Positions 20,001 to 36,596 of a stretch of DNA of 64,000 bases are shown in pieces. Location of the stretch: NCBI RefSeq assembly GCF_009914755.1, contig NC_060930.1; one strand, given 5' to 3'. The position numbers and the translations under genes were made by a program. Within the stretch, counting starts at the first letter, position 1; every line of letters starts with the position of its first letter. The DNA is from the human T2T-CHM13v2.0 reference genome, Homo sapiens. The notes under the pieces were generated by a model. That model did not search any database. It had not been told where the DNA came from and saw only the letters and a list, made by a program, of their open reading frames with translations.

Positions 20001-23000
20001 CTGCGATATTGGGAGTAATATCATCCTCTTTCTCCCTAGATACTAGGAATAATATCACAGAGGGGGTGTAAACCCCTCTGATATTGGGAGAAATATTATC
20101 ATTTCCACCCCCTGGATATTAGAAACAATATAACAGGAAGGGTATACACCCTGTTCAATATTGGGAGTAATATCATCCTCCCCCCCGCGAAGAGTAAAAG
20201 CAATATCACAGGGAGATCTACACCCTGTGTAATATTGGGAGTAACATAATCCTCTTTTCCCCTGGATATTAGAAACAATATCACAGAAGGGATATACACC
20301 CCCTGTGATATTGGGAGTAATATTATCCTCTCCTTCACTGGATATTGGAAACCATATTTCAGGGTGGTTGTACACCCCTGAGATATTGGGAGTAATATTA
20401 TCCTCTTTCCCCTTGAATATTAGAAACAATACCACAGAGAGAATGTACACTTCCTGCAATATTGGGAGTAATATCATCTCCCTTTTTGGATATTAGAAAC
20501 AATATCACAAGGGGAGTGTACACCCCCTGCAATGTAGGTCATAATATCATACTCTCTTCTCCTGGATATTAAAAAGAATATGAGAGGGGGATGTACATCC
20601 CCTGCAATATTAAGAGTAGCATCATTTTCTCCCTTCATGGCTACTAGGAATAATATCACATAAGTGGTGTACACTTCCTGCGATATTGGGAGTAATATTC
20701 TCTCTCTCACCCTGGATATTAGAACAATATCACAGAAGGGTTGTACATCTTCTGCGATACTGGGAATGATATCCTCTACCCTTCTGCATATTAGGAACAA
20801 TATTACAAGTAGTAATAGTACACTTCTTGCGATATTGGGAGTAATATCATCCTCTCCTCCCCTTGGTATTACGAACAATATCACAGGAGGTGTGTACACC
20901 CACTTCGATATTGGGAGTAATATCATCCTTCCCCCCCCACATATTGGTAACAATATCACAGGGGAGTGTACACCCCCTTCGATATTTCGATATTGGGAGT
21001 AATATCATCCTCCCCATTTCCTGGATATTAGGAACAATATCACAGAGGTGTACACTCCCTGTGATATTGGGAGCAATATCATCCTCCCCACCCCATGGAT
21101 ATTAGGAACAATATCACAGGGAAGGAGTACACCTCCTGTGATATTGAGAGTAATATTATCTTCTCCCCTTCAAGACATTAGGAAAAATATCACAAGGGTG
21201 GTGTTCAACACCTGTGACATTGGGTTTAATAGCATCCTTTCCCACTCTTTATATCAAACAATATCACAGGGGGGTGTACACCTCCTGCGATATTGGGAGT
21301 AATATCACACTCTTTCCCCTTTGAATATTAGGAACAATATCACAGGAAGGGTGTAAACCCCCTGAAATATTGGGAGTAATATTATTCTCTTCCCCCTGGA
21401 TATTAGGAACAATATTATGGGGGGTGTACAATCCATGCTCTATTGGAAATAATATCATCCTCTTTTTTCCTGGATGTTAGAAACTATATCACAGTGGGGA
21501 GGTACAACCTTTTCACTCCTTTGATATTGGGAGTAATATCATTTTGTTTCCCCCTGGATATTAGGAACAATATCACAGAAGAAATGCACACCTTCTGCAA
21601 TATTGGGAGTAACATCATTTTCTTCTCACCTGGATATTAGGAGCAATATCGCAGAAAAGGTGTACACCCCCTATGATATTGGGCATAATGTCATTTTCTT
21701 TCAACCTAACTATTAAGAACCTGGGGAATGTACATCCTTTGCGATATTGGGAGTAACAAAGTCCTTTTCTCCCCTAGATATTAGGGACAATATCACAGGG
21801 AGGGGGGTGTACACGCCCTGCGATATTGTAAGTAATATAATCTTCCCCCCCAAAAAATATTAGGAACAATATCATGGGGGGGTGTACACACACTGCGATA
21901 TTAACAATAATATCATAGTCTTCACCCCTGAATATTAGGAACAATATCACAAAAGGGTTGTACGTTCCCTGCGATATTAAAAGTAATATCATCCTCTCCT
22001 TCCCCCACCCCAGATATTAGGAACAATATCACAGGGGAGGTGTACACTCCCTGCAATATTGAGAGTAATATCATCCTCTTCCACCTCTGGATATTAGAAG
22101 CAATATCACAGGGGGCTGTACACCTCCTGCAATATTGAGAGTAATATAATCTTCTCCTTTTCTGGATATTAGCAACAATATCATCGGGAAGGTGTACACC
22201 CCCTGTGATATTGGGAGTAATATTGCTCTCTCCCCTTTGGATATTATGAACAATATCACAGGGAAGGTTAAATCCCCGGTGATATTAGAAGTAATATCAT
22301 CCTCTTTCACTCTGGATATTAGGAACAGTATCACATGTGGGGTGTAAACCTCCTCCAATATTGGGAGTAATATCATCCATTCCTTCCTGGATATTAGAGA
22401 CAATATAGTAGAAAGGGTGTACATTGCGTGCATTGAGTAATATCATCCTCTCCTCCTCTTGATATTTCGAGCAGTATCACAGAGGGTGTACACACAGGCT
22501 GTTTACAATATTCAGGGTAATATTCTTTTTTTTTTTTCCCTGGATGTTACCAACAATGTCACGGGGGGATGTACACTGTTTGCGATATTGAGAATAATAT
22601 CATCCTCTCCCCCCCCTTGACATTATGGACAATATTTAAAAAGGGTGTACACACCCTGCCTTACTGGGAGTAATATCATCCTCCCCCCACCCCCTGGGAT
22701 ATTACAAATAATATAACAGGGTGGTTACACGCCCTGTGATATTAGGAGTAACATCATCCTCTCTCCCCCTGGATATTACAAAAATTATCACAGTGGGTGT
22801 ACAAAGAGGGTGTTTAAAGTATTGGGATGAATGTCATCCTCTCCCTTCCTGGGTATTACAAACAATATCACGGGGGGGATGTGTACACTTCCTGCGATAT
22901 TGGGAGTAATATTGTCCTTTCTCCTTCTAAATATGATGAACAATACCATAGGTTGGTGTACACCCTTTGCAATATTGGGAGTAATATCGTCTTTTTCCCC

Positions 23001-25469
23001 TTTTGATATTACAAACAATACCACAGGAAGGTGTACAGCCCCTGTGATATTAAGAGTAATATCATCCTTGCCTTCGCTGAATATTATGAGCAATATCACA
23101 GGGGGCTGTACAGCCCCTGTGATGTTGAAAATAATATCATCCTCTCCCACACTTAATATTACGAACAATATCACAAGAGGGTGTACACCCCTTGCGATAT
23201 TGGCAGTAAGACCATTTTTTCTTTTTCTTGATATTACGAACAATATCACATTAAGCTGTACACCCCCTGTGATACTGGGTGTAATATCATCTTCTCTGTT
23301 CCTGGATATTACGAACAATATTATAGGTTGGTGTACATCCTCTGCGATATTGGAAGCAATATAACCTTCCCCCTTTCTGAATATTATGAACAATATTACA
23401 GGGGTGTGTACACACCTAGTGATGGTCCAAGTAATATTATTCTCTCCTTTTTGGATATTATGAACAATATCACAGGGGGGTGTACACCCCTTGCGGTATT
23501 GGGAGTAATATTATTCTCTCCCCTTTAATATTACAAACAGTATCACCGAGAGTGTCCACACAGGGTGTTTATGATATTGGGAGTAATATCATCTCCCTTC
23601 TGGATATTACAAAGAATATCACCAGGGGCTGTACACCTCCTGCAATATTGGGAGTAATCATCCTTTTCTTCTCTGGATATTATGAACAATATCACAGGAA
23701 AGTGTACACCCCCTGCAATACGGGGAGTTATATTATCCTCTCTTTACCTGGATATTAAGAACAATATAACAAGGGGGTGTACAGCCCCCACGATATGGGG
23801 AGTAATATCCTCTCCCTCATTGGATATTACGAACAATATCACAGAAAGGTGTACACCCCGTGCAATATGGGAAAAATATTATATTCTCCCCCCCATATAT
23901 TGAAAACAATATCACAGAAGGGTGTACACCCCCTGGAATATTGAGAGTAATATCATCCTCTTTTCACCTGGATATTACAAACAATATTCCAGGGGAATGT
24001 ACATCCCCTGAGATATTGGGAGAAATATCCTTTTCTCCTTCCCTGGATATTACGAACAATATCCAATGTTCGTAATATCAATGAGGAGTAATATCATCCT
24101 CTACTTCACTGGATATTATAAACAATGCCACAGTGGGGTATACACCCCCTGTGATATGGCGAGTAATATCATCCTCTCCCTACCTGTATATTACTAACAA
24201 TATCACAGGGGGTTTACACACAGGGGGTTTATGATTTTGGGAGTAATATCATCATGCTCTGAATATTATGAACAGTATCACAGGGGGTTGTACACTGCAT
24301 TTTACATATTAATAGTAATATTATTCTCTCCCTACCTGAATTGCAAACAATATTACTGGGGGGTGTATAAGTACCCCCTGTGATATTGCGAGTAATATCA
24401 TCCTCTCCACCCCAGGATATTACGAACCATATCACGGAGGGGATGTGCTCCCCTGCGATATGGGAGTAATATCATTCTCTCCCCTTCGTGATATTATAAA
24501 CCATATCACCGGGTGGTGTACCCCCACCCACGATATAAAGAGTAATATATCTCTCTTTCCCCCAAAATATTACAAACCATATCACGGGGAGTGTACTCCA
24601 CCCACGATAGGGGGAGAAATACCACCCTCCCTGCCCAGGGATATTACAAACCATATCACCGGGAGGTGTATGTAGAATAATATCAACCTCTCCACCCCCA
24701 AGATATTACAAACCATATCACGGGGGGTGTATGCCCTCCGCAATAATGAGGAGTAATATCACCCTCTCCTCCCCGGGATATTACACACCATATCACAGGG
24801 GGATATAGGCCCCATGTGATATGAGGATTAAGATCACCTTCTCTCCTTCAGGATGTTAAGAAACCATATCATTGAGGGTGTATGCCCCCCGCGATATTGG
24901 GAGTAATATCACCCTCTCCACCCTGGGGATATTATGAACCATATCACGAAGGGGGTGTACCCCCCCGCAATATGGGAGTAATGTTATTCTCTCTCCTTCA
25001 GGATATTATGAACCATATCAGCGGGTGGTGTACCCCGCCCCCCACGATATGAAGAGTAATTTCACTCTCTTTCCTCCAAAATATTACAAACCATATCATG
25101 GGGGGTTGTATGCCACCTGCGATAGGGGGAGAAATATCATTTTCTCTGCTCCGGGATATTACTAACCATATAACAGTAGGGTGTATTCCCCTGGCCATAT
25201 GGGGAATAATATCACCCTCTTCCCCCCAATATATTACAAACCATATCACAGGGGGGTGTACGCCCTCCACTCTATGAGGAGTAACATCACCCTCTCTTCC
25301 CTGGGGATATTACAAACCATATCACCGGTGGGTGTAGGCCCCACGAGATATGGGGAGTAATACCACCTTGTCTCCTTCAAGATGTTATGAACTATATCAT
25401 AGATGGGTGCAGCCCCCTTGGATATGGGGAATAATATCACCCTCCCTCCCCAGATCATTACAAACCATA

Positions 25470-26640
25470 GATGGTGTCCTTGCACTCCTGGGCTGCCCAC
25501 CACAGCTCAGGGGTGATCTCAGGATTTATGTTCCTTTCCCAACTTTGAGACAGCAGAGGAAGAGACCTTAGTAGTAGCTGTGGCCAAGAGCCTTTTGCTG
25601 GTCTCCTGGGGGCCCCACTTCAGAGAGATGCAGGTTCACAATTTCTCAGTGCAATCAGCCCATGATGGAGGGTCTGTGCTGTTGTCCCTAGCTTGTGTTC
25701 CCTGTCTGGTGAACAGCAGTGGGGGTGGGTGGAAGTTATGGAAGATGGACTGGAGTATTCTCTTTGGGTTGACTGCAGTTTGTTACAGGCGAGAATAAGG
25801 CACTTAGAGTCTTGCTTGTTCATTAATTCGAGGGTAGTGAAGGCAGTTCCACTGCAAAGACAGTGGCATAGAGGCTTTCAGTTGCCCTTGGGGACTCTAT
25901 CTCCAAGAAACATAGAGCTGCTCTTACTGGGGGTGTTCAGCCAGTGGAGTGAGACAGGTACATTACTGATATGAACTTTGGGTTCTAGTTGTTGGGAAGC
26001 AGGGGGTCAAAGGCTCACAAGGAGGAGAAATTGGTTTCCTCTCTGTATGGTGGCTGTGGCATGCTTTAAGTTTGAGTGTAGCCCTCAGGCTCTTTGTTTC
26101 TTCCCTAGACCAAGGACAGCAGGGATAGAACTCTTACTGTGGCAGTGGCAGAGGGGCTGTTTGATGCCTATGGGAGACTATCCTTGAGGAACCTCTGGGC
26201 CACTACCAGTGGGTATGCCCAGCTGCAGGCGTGACGACTGTGTTCGTGAGCTGGGGGCTTTGCCTGGTGAATAGTGAGGGTGGGGGCTCTCAGGGTAGAG
26301 GGGCTGGACTTCCCTCTGTATGGTGGCTGCAGTGTGCTGGAGGTACTAGTATAATGACTAGGCCCTTTGTTCCTTCCCAGTCTGAGGGATGTTAGGGCTG
26401 TAGCATTTCAACTGTAGTGGTGGAGGGGTTTTGGGTTGACTGGGATTTCTTCCTTGGAGAAATGCTGGGCTTCCTCTGATTTTGGTGATCAGGTGGGGCG
26501 TGTGGTTGCCTGTCACTTTTCTGTTGAATTCCAGTGTTCCCTCTTGGATTATCTATTCAAACTATGATTATTCACTCACTATTTGGTTCTTTTTAGTGGA
26601 GGAAGTGAGTATGAAATAGCCCTAGTCAGCCATCTTGAAT
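25470..26640 (-). mobile_element. Old L1 (L1M-type) 5'UTR fragment
   Basis: GC-richer segment ending ...ccctagtcagccatcttgaa, the reverse complement of the L1 5' caagatggc YY1-type start. Subfamily uncertain. Confidence 0.65.
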
Positions 26641-26670
26641 CTTGGCATTTGTATGTTTTCTGGAAATGTA

Positions 26671-27303
26671 CAGAATATTACATTAACATTGTCAATAGGT
26701 TCTTGGAAATTGAACCAAGATAGGTTCCTTGTTATATGAAATGAAATAGAACAAAACCAATTTTACCACAGACTAATTGATATAAACTAGAGTTAAACTT
26801 CTATAGCATATTTCTGTTCACAAAAACATCACCAAACTTCTGAAGACCAAAACACTTTTAATATTAGACACTGAAATAAATGTGAGTGCTCTCTCTATAT
26901 ATGTATTTAAGAAAGATTAATGAAAATAAGTAAGATAATGATTTATCCAATTATTTCAGCTTAGAGTTGCAAGTGGTCAGAGCCCATCTAGGCAGCACAG
27001 GGCACAAGGTGGGAGCCAACCCTGGAGAGATGCCATCTCATTGCAGGGCGCACTGTCACCCCCTCCCCCACAACAGACAAACTCACTAGGACCAGAAACC
27101 ATTAAGACTCGCCAATTCACCTAACATACAAATCTTTGGGATGTGGGAGGAAACCAGAGCTCCTGGAGAAAGCCCATACTGATATGGTGAGAACATGCAA
27201 ACTACACAGACAGTGGCCCAAGTCAGGAATTAAGTTTTTTTTCCTTCACTAATATTATAATAAAATGATGTTGAACTAAATGAAGTTATTTTGGGACATG
27301 CTG
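26671..27303 (-). mobile_element. MER6A (TcMar-Tigger non-autonomous DNA transposon)
   Basis: TA dinucleotides flank both ends (26669-70, 27304-05) around CAG...CTG termini. Internal ctttgggatgtgggaggaaacc...gagaacatgcaaactacacagacagtggccc matches the recalled MER6 consensus. Confidence 0.88.
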
Positions 27304-28871
27304 TATTCTGCAAATAACTTTCCTAATTTTCTGTTCACTTTTCAATTTCAAGTGTGTTTATTTTGTTGGCTGGTTTTAATGTTGGCACATCTTTCAGTCC
27401 TTTCATTATTTTTATTTCTTCCATTGTTTCTAAAATAACAATGCCCTTGTTTCTCTAGAGTTAATAAATATTTGCTTTTATATTCTTCCAATTTAAGAAT
27501 TCAGCCTTACTTGTAAGTTATTTGAAGATATTGTGCGAGCTGCATTAATAAAGTTTAACTAATTTTTATTTAATTTTTAATAGAAATATTTAATATTTGT
27601 GGAATAATTCATTAAGTCACTTGCGTTCTGAAAGTGCTCCAATGTACTTAGGCTGTACTAGGAGTATCTAGTATATTTTATTTTCAGTTAAAATATCCAT
27701 GACTTTATCACCTGATAATCCTGTTTTATCAGTTTATACTTGCCTTATCAATGCATCATTCCTTTCTGAAGAACTAAGTCGTGTTTTCCCAGATAAAATG
27801 GGTAATGTGACATAATGTCCTCATTTTAAGCAATGATATTTATAAAATTATCTTCACAAACCTAAAGAAAAAATATGGCTGCTTTCCTTTCAGTTTTTCT
27901 TTTTTTTCTTTTTTTTTTGCTATCTAAGTTTTATTTAAGAGTAGAGTGATAATAGAAATACAATGAGCTCAGGTAACATGTAATAATTGTATTTGGAGAA
28001 TTTTAAATGTTATACCTTTGCATATAATGAATTTCCCTGAAAAAAAGATTCATTGGGTCTATCTGAAAACACTGTTCTCAAAATGTGTACTGTGGCAGTT
28101 GTGCATTGTGTTAATAGTCATGTATTTAGCATCATTGATAGTAAACGAAGAGGCCACGATTGGGAAGATGAACCTCAGAGTAGCTTGGGGTGGCAAAAAG
28201 AAACATTTTGAAACAAATGATAGACAAAATGTGGCACCAGTTTTCTACTTCAACTCTCCAACACATTTTCATATCTGCTAAAATGTTCTCTTCAAAGAAC
28301 TTATGTGTTCTTTTTGTTGTTGTTCTGACTCAGAATGGGAGTTATTAGCTTCTCTATTTGGATCCAAGCCTCTGGAAGGCAGGGGAAATGACCCTTCACT
28401 CTTACTTGTGTAGTACCTACAACACCATTCGGTAATATTCAAATGATTGATTTCTTCAAGATGGTGACAGCTCAGAGGAGGGACCATAAATGTAAGGAAA
28501 ACTGCAGATTTCCTTAATATAATCAAATTACAAGACTCTGAGATTAGCAATAAAAAGGGTGTATCTAGGTGGGAAAGTTGCCTTTGACTCTTACCATGGA
28601 GACTGTTATCTCTTGCTAAACCCTCTGCCATCCTGGCTCCAGGGAACAACAGTCAGGGATTTGTGAAACAGCTATGCTTTTCCAGGAGGACATGCTGTCA
28701 TTTTTGTCAACTCTGGAAGACTAGGATTTAACTTATTAAAGGAATCAGTGGGATTTCGTTTCAGGAGTCAGTTGTTTCTTTCCAATTATAGCATTGTATT
28801 TGCCCTTGTTTGGTTTTTCAACCCTGTCCTCTAGAGTCACTGCCCCCGATTATTCCTTAGTACTCTTAAGC

Positions 28872-28930
28872 TCACTTTACAGAAAAGGGAAAATTGAAAC
28901 TCAGAGAGATTAAATGACTTCATAAGGTTA
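28872..28930 (-). mobile_element. MIR core fragment
   Basis: ctttacagaaaagggaaaattgaaactcagagagattaaatgactt...aaggt resembles the MIR core. Confidence 0.6.
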
Positions 28931-30009
28931 AAAAATAGGTCATCTTGAATGTGATATAGAAACCAATTCTGTTGGTCATATTTCACAGGTTTTACTATGT
29001 GTGACTAAACTAACTGCTCTAGAGTGATTCAATCCTGCTTTTCTTCTTCATATTCTTTAGTAGAATTGTGTTGTTCTTCAGTTTTTGTGACAAGCATGCC
29101 ATTTGTTCTTATGTGAACTGCTACCTTTAACTTCAGTGTATCTTAGGTGTTCTGGGTTTGTTCATTTGTTTTGCCACTGATTCCATTTTCTTTTTTAGAG
29201 TGCATTCTCAATTTTATGAAGACATTCTACCCTTAAAAATCTTTCCATTTTATGTTTTATTTACTTGGTTAAATGATGAACTCATCTCTTGCCTTTTTTT
29301 AATTATATATTGTTTTTGCTTTAAAAATGCCTTGCTCTTTCCATTCTCATCAGTGCTTAACTTACTACAGATCTCATTGGCTGACCTCACTGATTCTAGT
29401 CCATCCTATACACTACTGGATTAATGTTTTTTTAAATTTTATTTTATTATTGTTATACTTTAAGTTATAGGGTACATGTGCACAATGTGCAGGTTAGTTA
29501 CATATGCATACATGTGCCATGCTGGTGTGTTGCACCCATTAACTCGTCATTTAGGATTCGGTATAACTCCTAATGCTATCCCTCCCCCATCCTCCCACCC
29601 CACAACAGTCCCCAGAGTGTGATGTTCCCCTTCCTGTGTCCATGTGTTCTCATTGTTCAATTCCCACCTATGAGTGAGAATATGCAGTGTTTGGTTGTCT
29701 GTTCTTGTGATAGTTTACTGAGAATGATGACTTCCAATTTCATCCATGTCCCTACAAAGGACATGAATTCACCATTTTTATGGCTGCATAGTATTTCACG
29801 GTGTATATGTGCCACATTTTCTTAATCCAGTCTATCATTGTAGGACATTTGGGTTGGTTCCAAGTCTATGCTATTGTGAATAGTGCTGCAATAAACATAC
29901 ATGTGCATGTGTCTTTATAGCAGCATGATTTGTAGTCCTTTAGGTATATACCCAGTAATGGGATGGCTGGGTCAAATGGTATTTCTAGTTCTAGATCCCT
30001 GGGGAATCA

Positions 30010-30375
<366 letters not shown>

Positions 30376-30450
30376 CTATTTTGTAGATTGCCTATTCACT
30401 CTGATGGTAGTTTCTTTTGCTGTGCAGAAGCTCTTTAGTTTAATTAGATC

Positions 30451-32028
<1,578 letters not shown>

Positions 32029-32031
32029 CTA

Positions 32032-32856
<825 letters not shown>

Positions 32857-33544
32857 TCAAAGTATGTGGTCAATTTTGGAATAGGTGTGGTGCGGTGCTG
32901 AAAAAAATGTATATTCTGTTGATTTGGGGTGGAGAGTTCTGTAGATGTCTATGAGGTCTGCGTGGTGCAGTGCTCAGTTCAATTCCTGGGTATCCTTGTT
33001 AACTTTCTGTCTCATTGATCTGTCCAATATTGACAGTGGGCTGTTAATGTCTCCCATTATTATTGTGTGGGAGTCTAAGTCTGTTCGTAGGTCACTCAGG
33101 ACTTGCTTTATGAATCTGGGTGCTCCTGTATTGGGTGCATATATATTTAGGATAGTTAGCTCTTCTTGTTGAATTGATCCCTTTACCATTATGTACTGGC
33201 CTTCTTTGTCTCTTTTGATCTTTGTTTGTTTAAAGTCTGTTTTATCGGAGACTAGGATTGCAACCCCTGCCTTTTTTGCTTTCTATTTGCTTGTAGATCT
33301 TCCTCCATCCCTTTATTTTGAGCCTATGTGTGTCTCTGCACATGAGATGGGTTTCCTGAATACAGCACACTGATGGGTCTTGACTCTTTATCCAATTTGC
33401 CACTCTGTGTCTTTTAATTGGAGCATTTAGTCCATTTACTTTTAAAGTTAATATTGTTATGTGTGAATTTGATCCTGTCATTTTGATGTTAGTTGGTTAT
33501 TTTGCTCGTGAGTTGATGTAGTTTCTTCCTATCCTCGATGGTCT

Positions 33545-34560
33545 TTACAATTTAGCATGATTTTGCAGTGGCTGGTACCGGTTGTTCCTTTCCATGTTTA
33601 GTGCTTCCTCCAGGAGCTCTTTTAGGGCAGGCCTGGTGGTGACAAAGTCTCTCAGCATTTGCTTGTCTGTAAAGTATTTTATTTCTCCTTCACTTATGAA
33701 GCTTAGTTTGGCTGGATATGAAATTCTGGGTTGCAAATTCTTTTCTTTAAGAATGTTGAATATTGGCCCCCTCTCTCCTCTGGCTTGTAGAGTTTCTGCT
33801 GAGAGATCTGCTGTTAGCCTGATGGGCTTCCCTTTGTGGGTAACCCGACCTTTCTCTCTGGTTGCCCTTAACATTTTTTCCTTCATTTCAACTTTGGTGA
33901 ATCTGACAATTATGTGTCTTGGAGTTGCTCTTCTTGAGGAGTATCTTTGTGGCATTCTCTGTATTTCCTGAATCTGAATGTTGGCCTTCCTTGCTAGATT
34001 GGGGAAGTTCTCTTGGATAATGTCCTGCAGAGTGTTTTCCAGCTTGGTTGCATTCTCCCGGTCACTTTCAGGTACACCAATCAGGCGTAGATTTTGTCTT
34101 TTCACATAGTCCCATATTTCTTGGAGGCTTTGCTCATTTCTTTTTATTCTTTTTTCTCTAAACTTCCCTTCTCATGTCATTTCATTGAATTCGTCTTCCA
34201 TCACTGATACCCTTTCTTCCAGTTGATTGCATCAGCTCCTGAGGCTTCTGCATTCTTCAACCTAATTCTCGAGCCTTGGCTTTCAGCTCCATCAGCTCCT
34301 TTAAGCACTTCTCTGTATTGGTTATTCTAGTTTTACATTCATCTAAATTGTTTTCAGTTTTCAACTTCTTTGCCTTTGGTTTGAATTTCCTCCTGTAGCT
34401 CAGAGTAGTTTGATCATCTGAAGCCTTCTTCTCTCATCTCGTCATAGTCATTCTCCATCCAGCTTTGTTCCATTGCTGGTGAGGAACTGTGTTCCTTTGG
34501 AGCAGGAGAGGCACTGTGCTTTTTAGAGTTTCCAGTTTTTCTGCTCTGTTTTTTCCCCAT
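33545..34560 (-). pseudogene. Disrupted L1 ORF1 of copy D
   Basis: C-terminal ORF1 peptide (KRQNLRLIGVPE...RPALKELL) in ORF 33545-34105. The upstream part is not in the same open frame. Confidence 0.92.
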
Positions 34561-36596
34561 CTTTGTGGTTTTATCTACTTTTAGTCTTTGATGTTGGTGA
34601 TGTACAGATGGGTTTTTGGTGTGGATGCCCTTTCTGTTTGTTAATTTTCCTTCTAACAGACAGGACCCTCAGCTGCAGGTCTGTTGGAGTTTGCCAGAGG
34701 TCCACTCCAGACCCTGTTTGCCTGGGTAACAGCAGCGGTGGCTGCAGAACAGCGGATTTTCTTGATCCGCAAATGCTGCTGTCTGCTCATTCCTCTGGAA
34801 GTTTTGTCTCAGAGGAGTACCCGGTCTTGTGAGGTCAGTCTGCCCCTACTTGGGGGTGACTTGCAGTTAGGCTGCTTAGGGGTCAGGGGTCAGGGACCCA
34901 CTTGAGGAGGCAGTCTGTCCATTCTCAGATCTCCAGCTGCATGCTGAGAGAACCACTACTCTCTTCAAAGCTGTCAGACAGGGACATTTAAGTCTGCAGA
35001 GGTTACTGCTGTCTTTTTGTTTGTCTGTGCCCTGTCCCCAGAGGTGGAGCCTACAGAGGCAGGCAGGCCTCCTTGAGCTGTGGTGGGCTCCACCCAGTTG
35101 GAACTTCCTGGCTGCTTTGTTTACCTAAGCAAGCCTGGGCAATGGTGGTTGCCCCTCCCTCAGCCTCACTGCCACCTTGCAGTTTGATCTCAGACTGCTG
35201 TGCTAGCAATCAGTGAGACTTCATGGGTGTAAGACCCTCTGAGCCATGTGCGGGATATAATCTCCTGGTGTGCCGTTTTTTAAGCCCATCGGAAAAGCAC
35301 AGTATTAGGGTGGGAGTGACCCGATTTTCCAGGTGCCATCTGTCACCCCTTTCTTTGACTAGGAAAGGGAACTCCCTGACCCCTTGCACTTCCTGAGTGA
35401 GGCAATGCCTTGCCCTGCTTTGGCTTGTGGAGGGTGTGCTGCACCCACTGTCCTGTGCCCACTGTCTGGCACTGCCTAGTGAGATGAACCCGGTACCTTA
35501 GGTTGAAATGCAGAAATCACCCATCTTCTGCATCGCTCACGCTGGGAGCTGTAGATCGGAGCTGTTCCTATTCGGCCATCTTGGCTGCTTCCTCTGGATT
35601 ATTGTTTTTAAACACATATCTTGTTTTATTCTTCTTCTCAAAAGCCTACAATTCAGGATGATAAGTAATAAATGATGAAGAGTGACATAAAATATTTTCA
35701 AACTCAGTTCTGGCAACATTTGTGACAAAATCATTGATGATCATAAAAAAGGTAAGAGACCTTTCACATAGGAATTTTAACCTCTGACATAGAATATCAT
35801 CCAGGTGGACAAGAGCCAGAGAGAAAAGAACCTAAGAAGAAACAGCAATTGGAAACAGAAACAACCTCACACTGGTCTAAAAATCCTTCCCAAGTTAAAC
35901 ATTAGGCATAGGATTATTGGTTCCAGTGTGGTCAGCTGATCCTGATAAGTATTTTCCAATGTCTCATAATGTCTCTTGAAGAACATGACCTGAGCATGGA
36001 GCACTGCATCTTAGTTTGTGAAGTTCTCATAAGCAGAGTGCTATGTGATGGACAGGGACAGGTGTGGTGCATTATGGATCCTTAGATACGTCTTTCTAGC
36101 ACATCAGAGAGCAAAACACTAGGATTAGGAAAGAACCTATCACAGTGTAGCAAAGTCGTATTGGCAGAAAATCTACTAGACATTGGGGGTTGGACTAATA
36201 GGTGAGAACAGCATCCTGTTATTTAGCTTTAGATTTAAGAAGGGGTTTGAACAAGGACTGTGTACTGCATGGACATAAATTATGCCAAGATTATAAGTTT
36301 GAAAAATACCAAGTGTGAGAGCTTTTTCCCCTCATAAGGAGTAAAGAGAAAGTAATCAACAAGGAGAGTCTAGAAAAAGTACTTTAAATTTAGGGAAATG
36401 GAACATTATCTTGAAGAGGCAGAAGTAGGATGAATCTTAGCAATGGATTTATTCCAGAATCCAAAGCAACTTTGATGAAAAGTGTTTGCCGTTCTCTATA
36501 GGGTGAAAGAAGAATGTTTTCTATGAAACAGGAGAAACATGTTGAAAAAGAAATACAGAGGATTAGAAGAAGGGGTAGACTGAAGATAATTCACAA

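Noticed and set aside
27310-29415. Apparently unique segment with short ORFs (28018-28281, 28278-28649) and a possible splice donor near 27972
   Set aside because: No recognisable homology or coherent exon structure by eye. It would need a conservation or RNA search.
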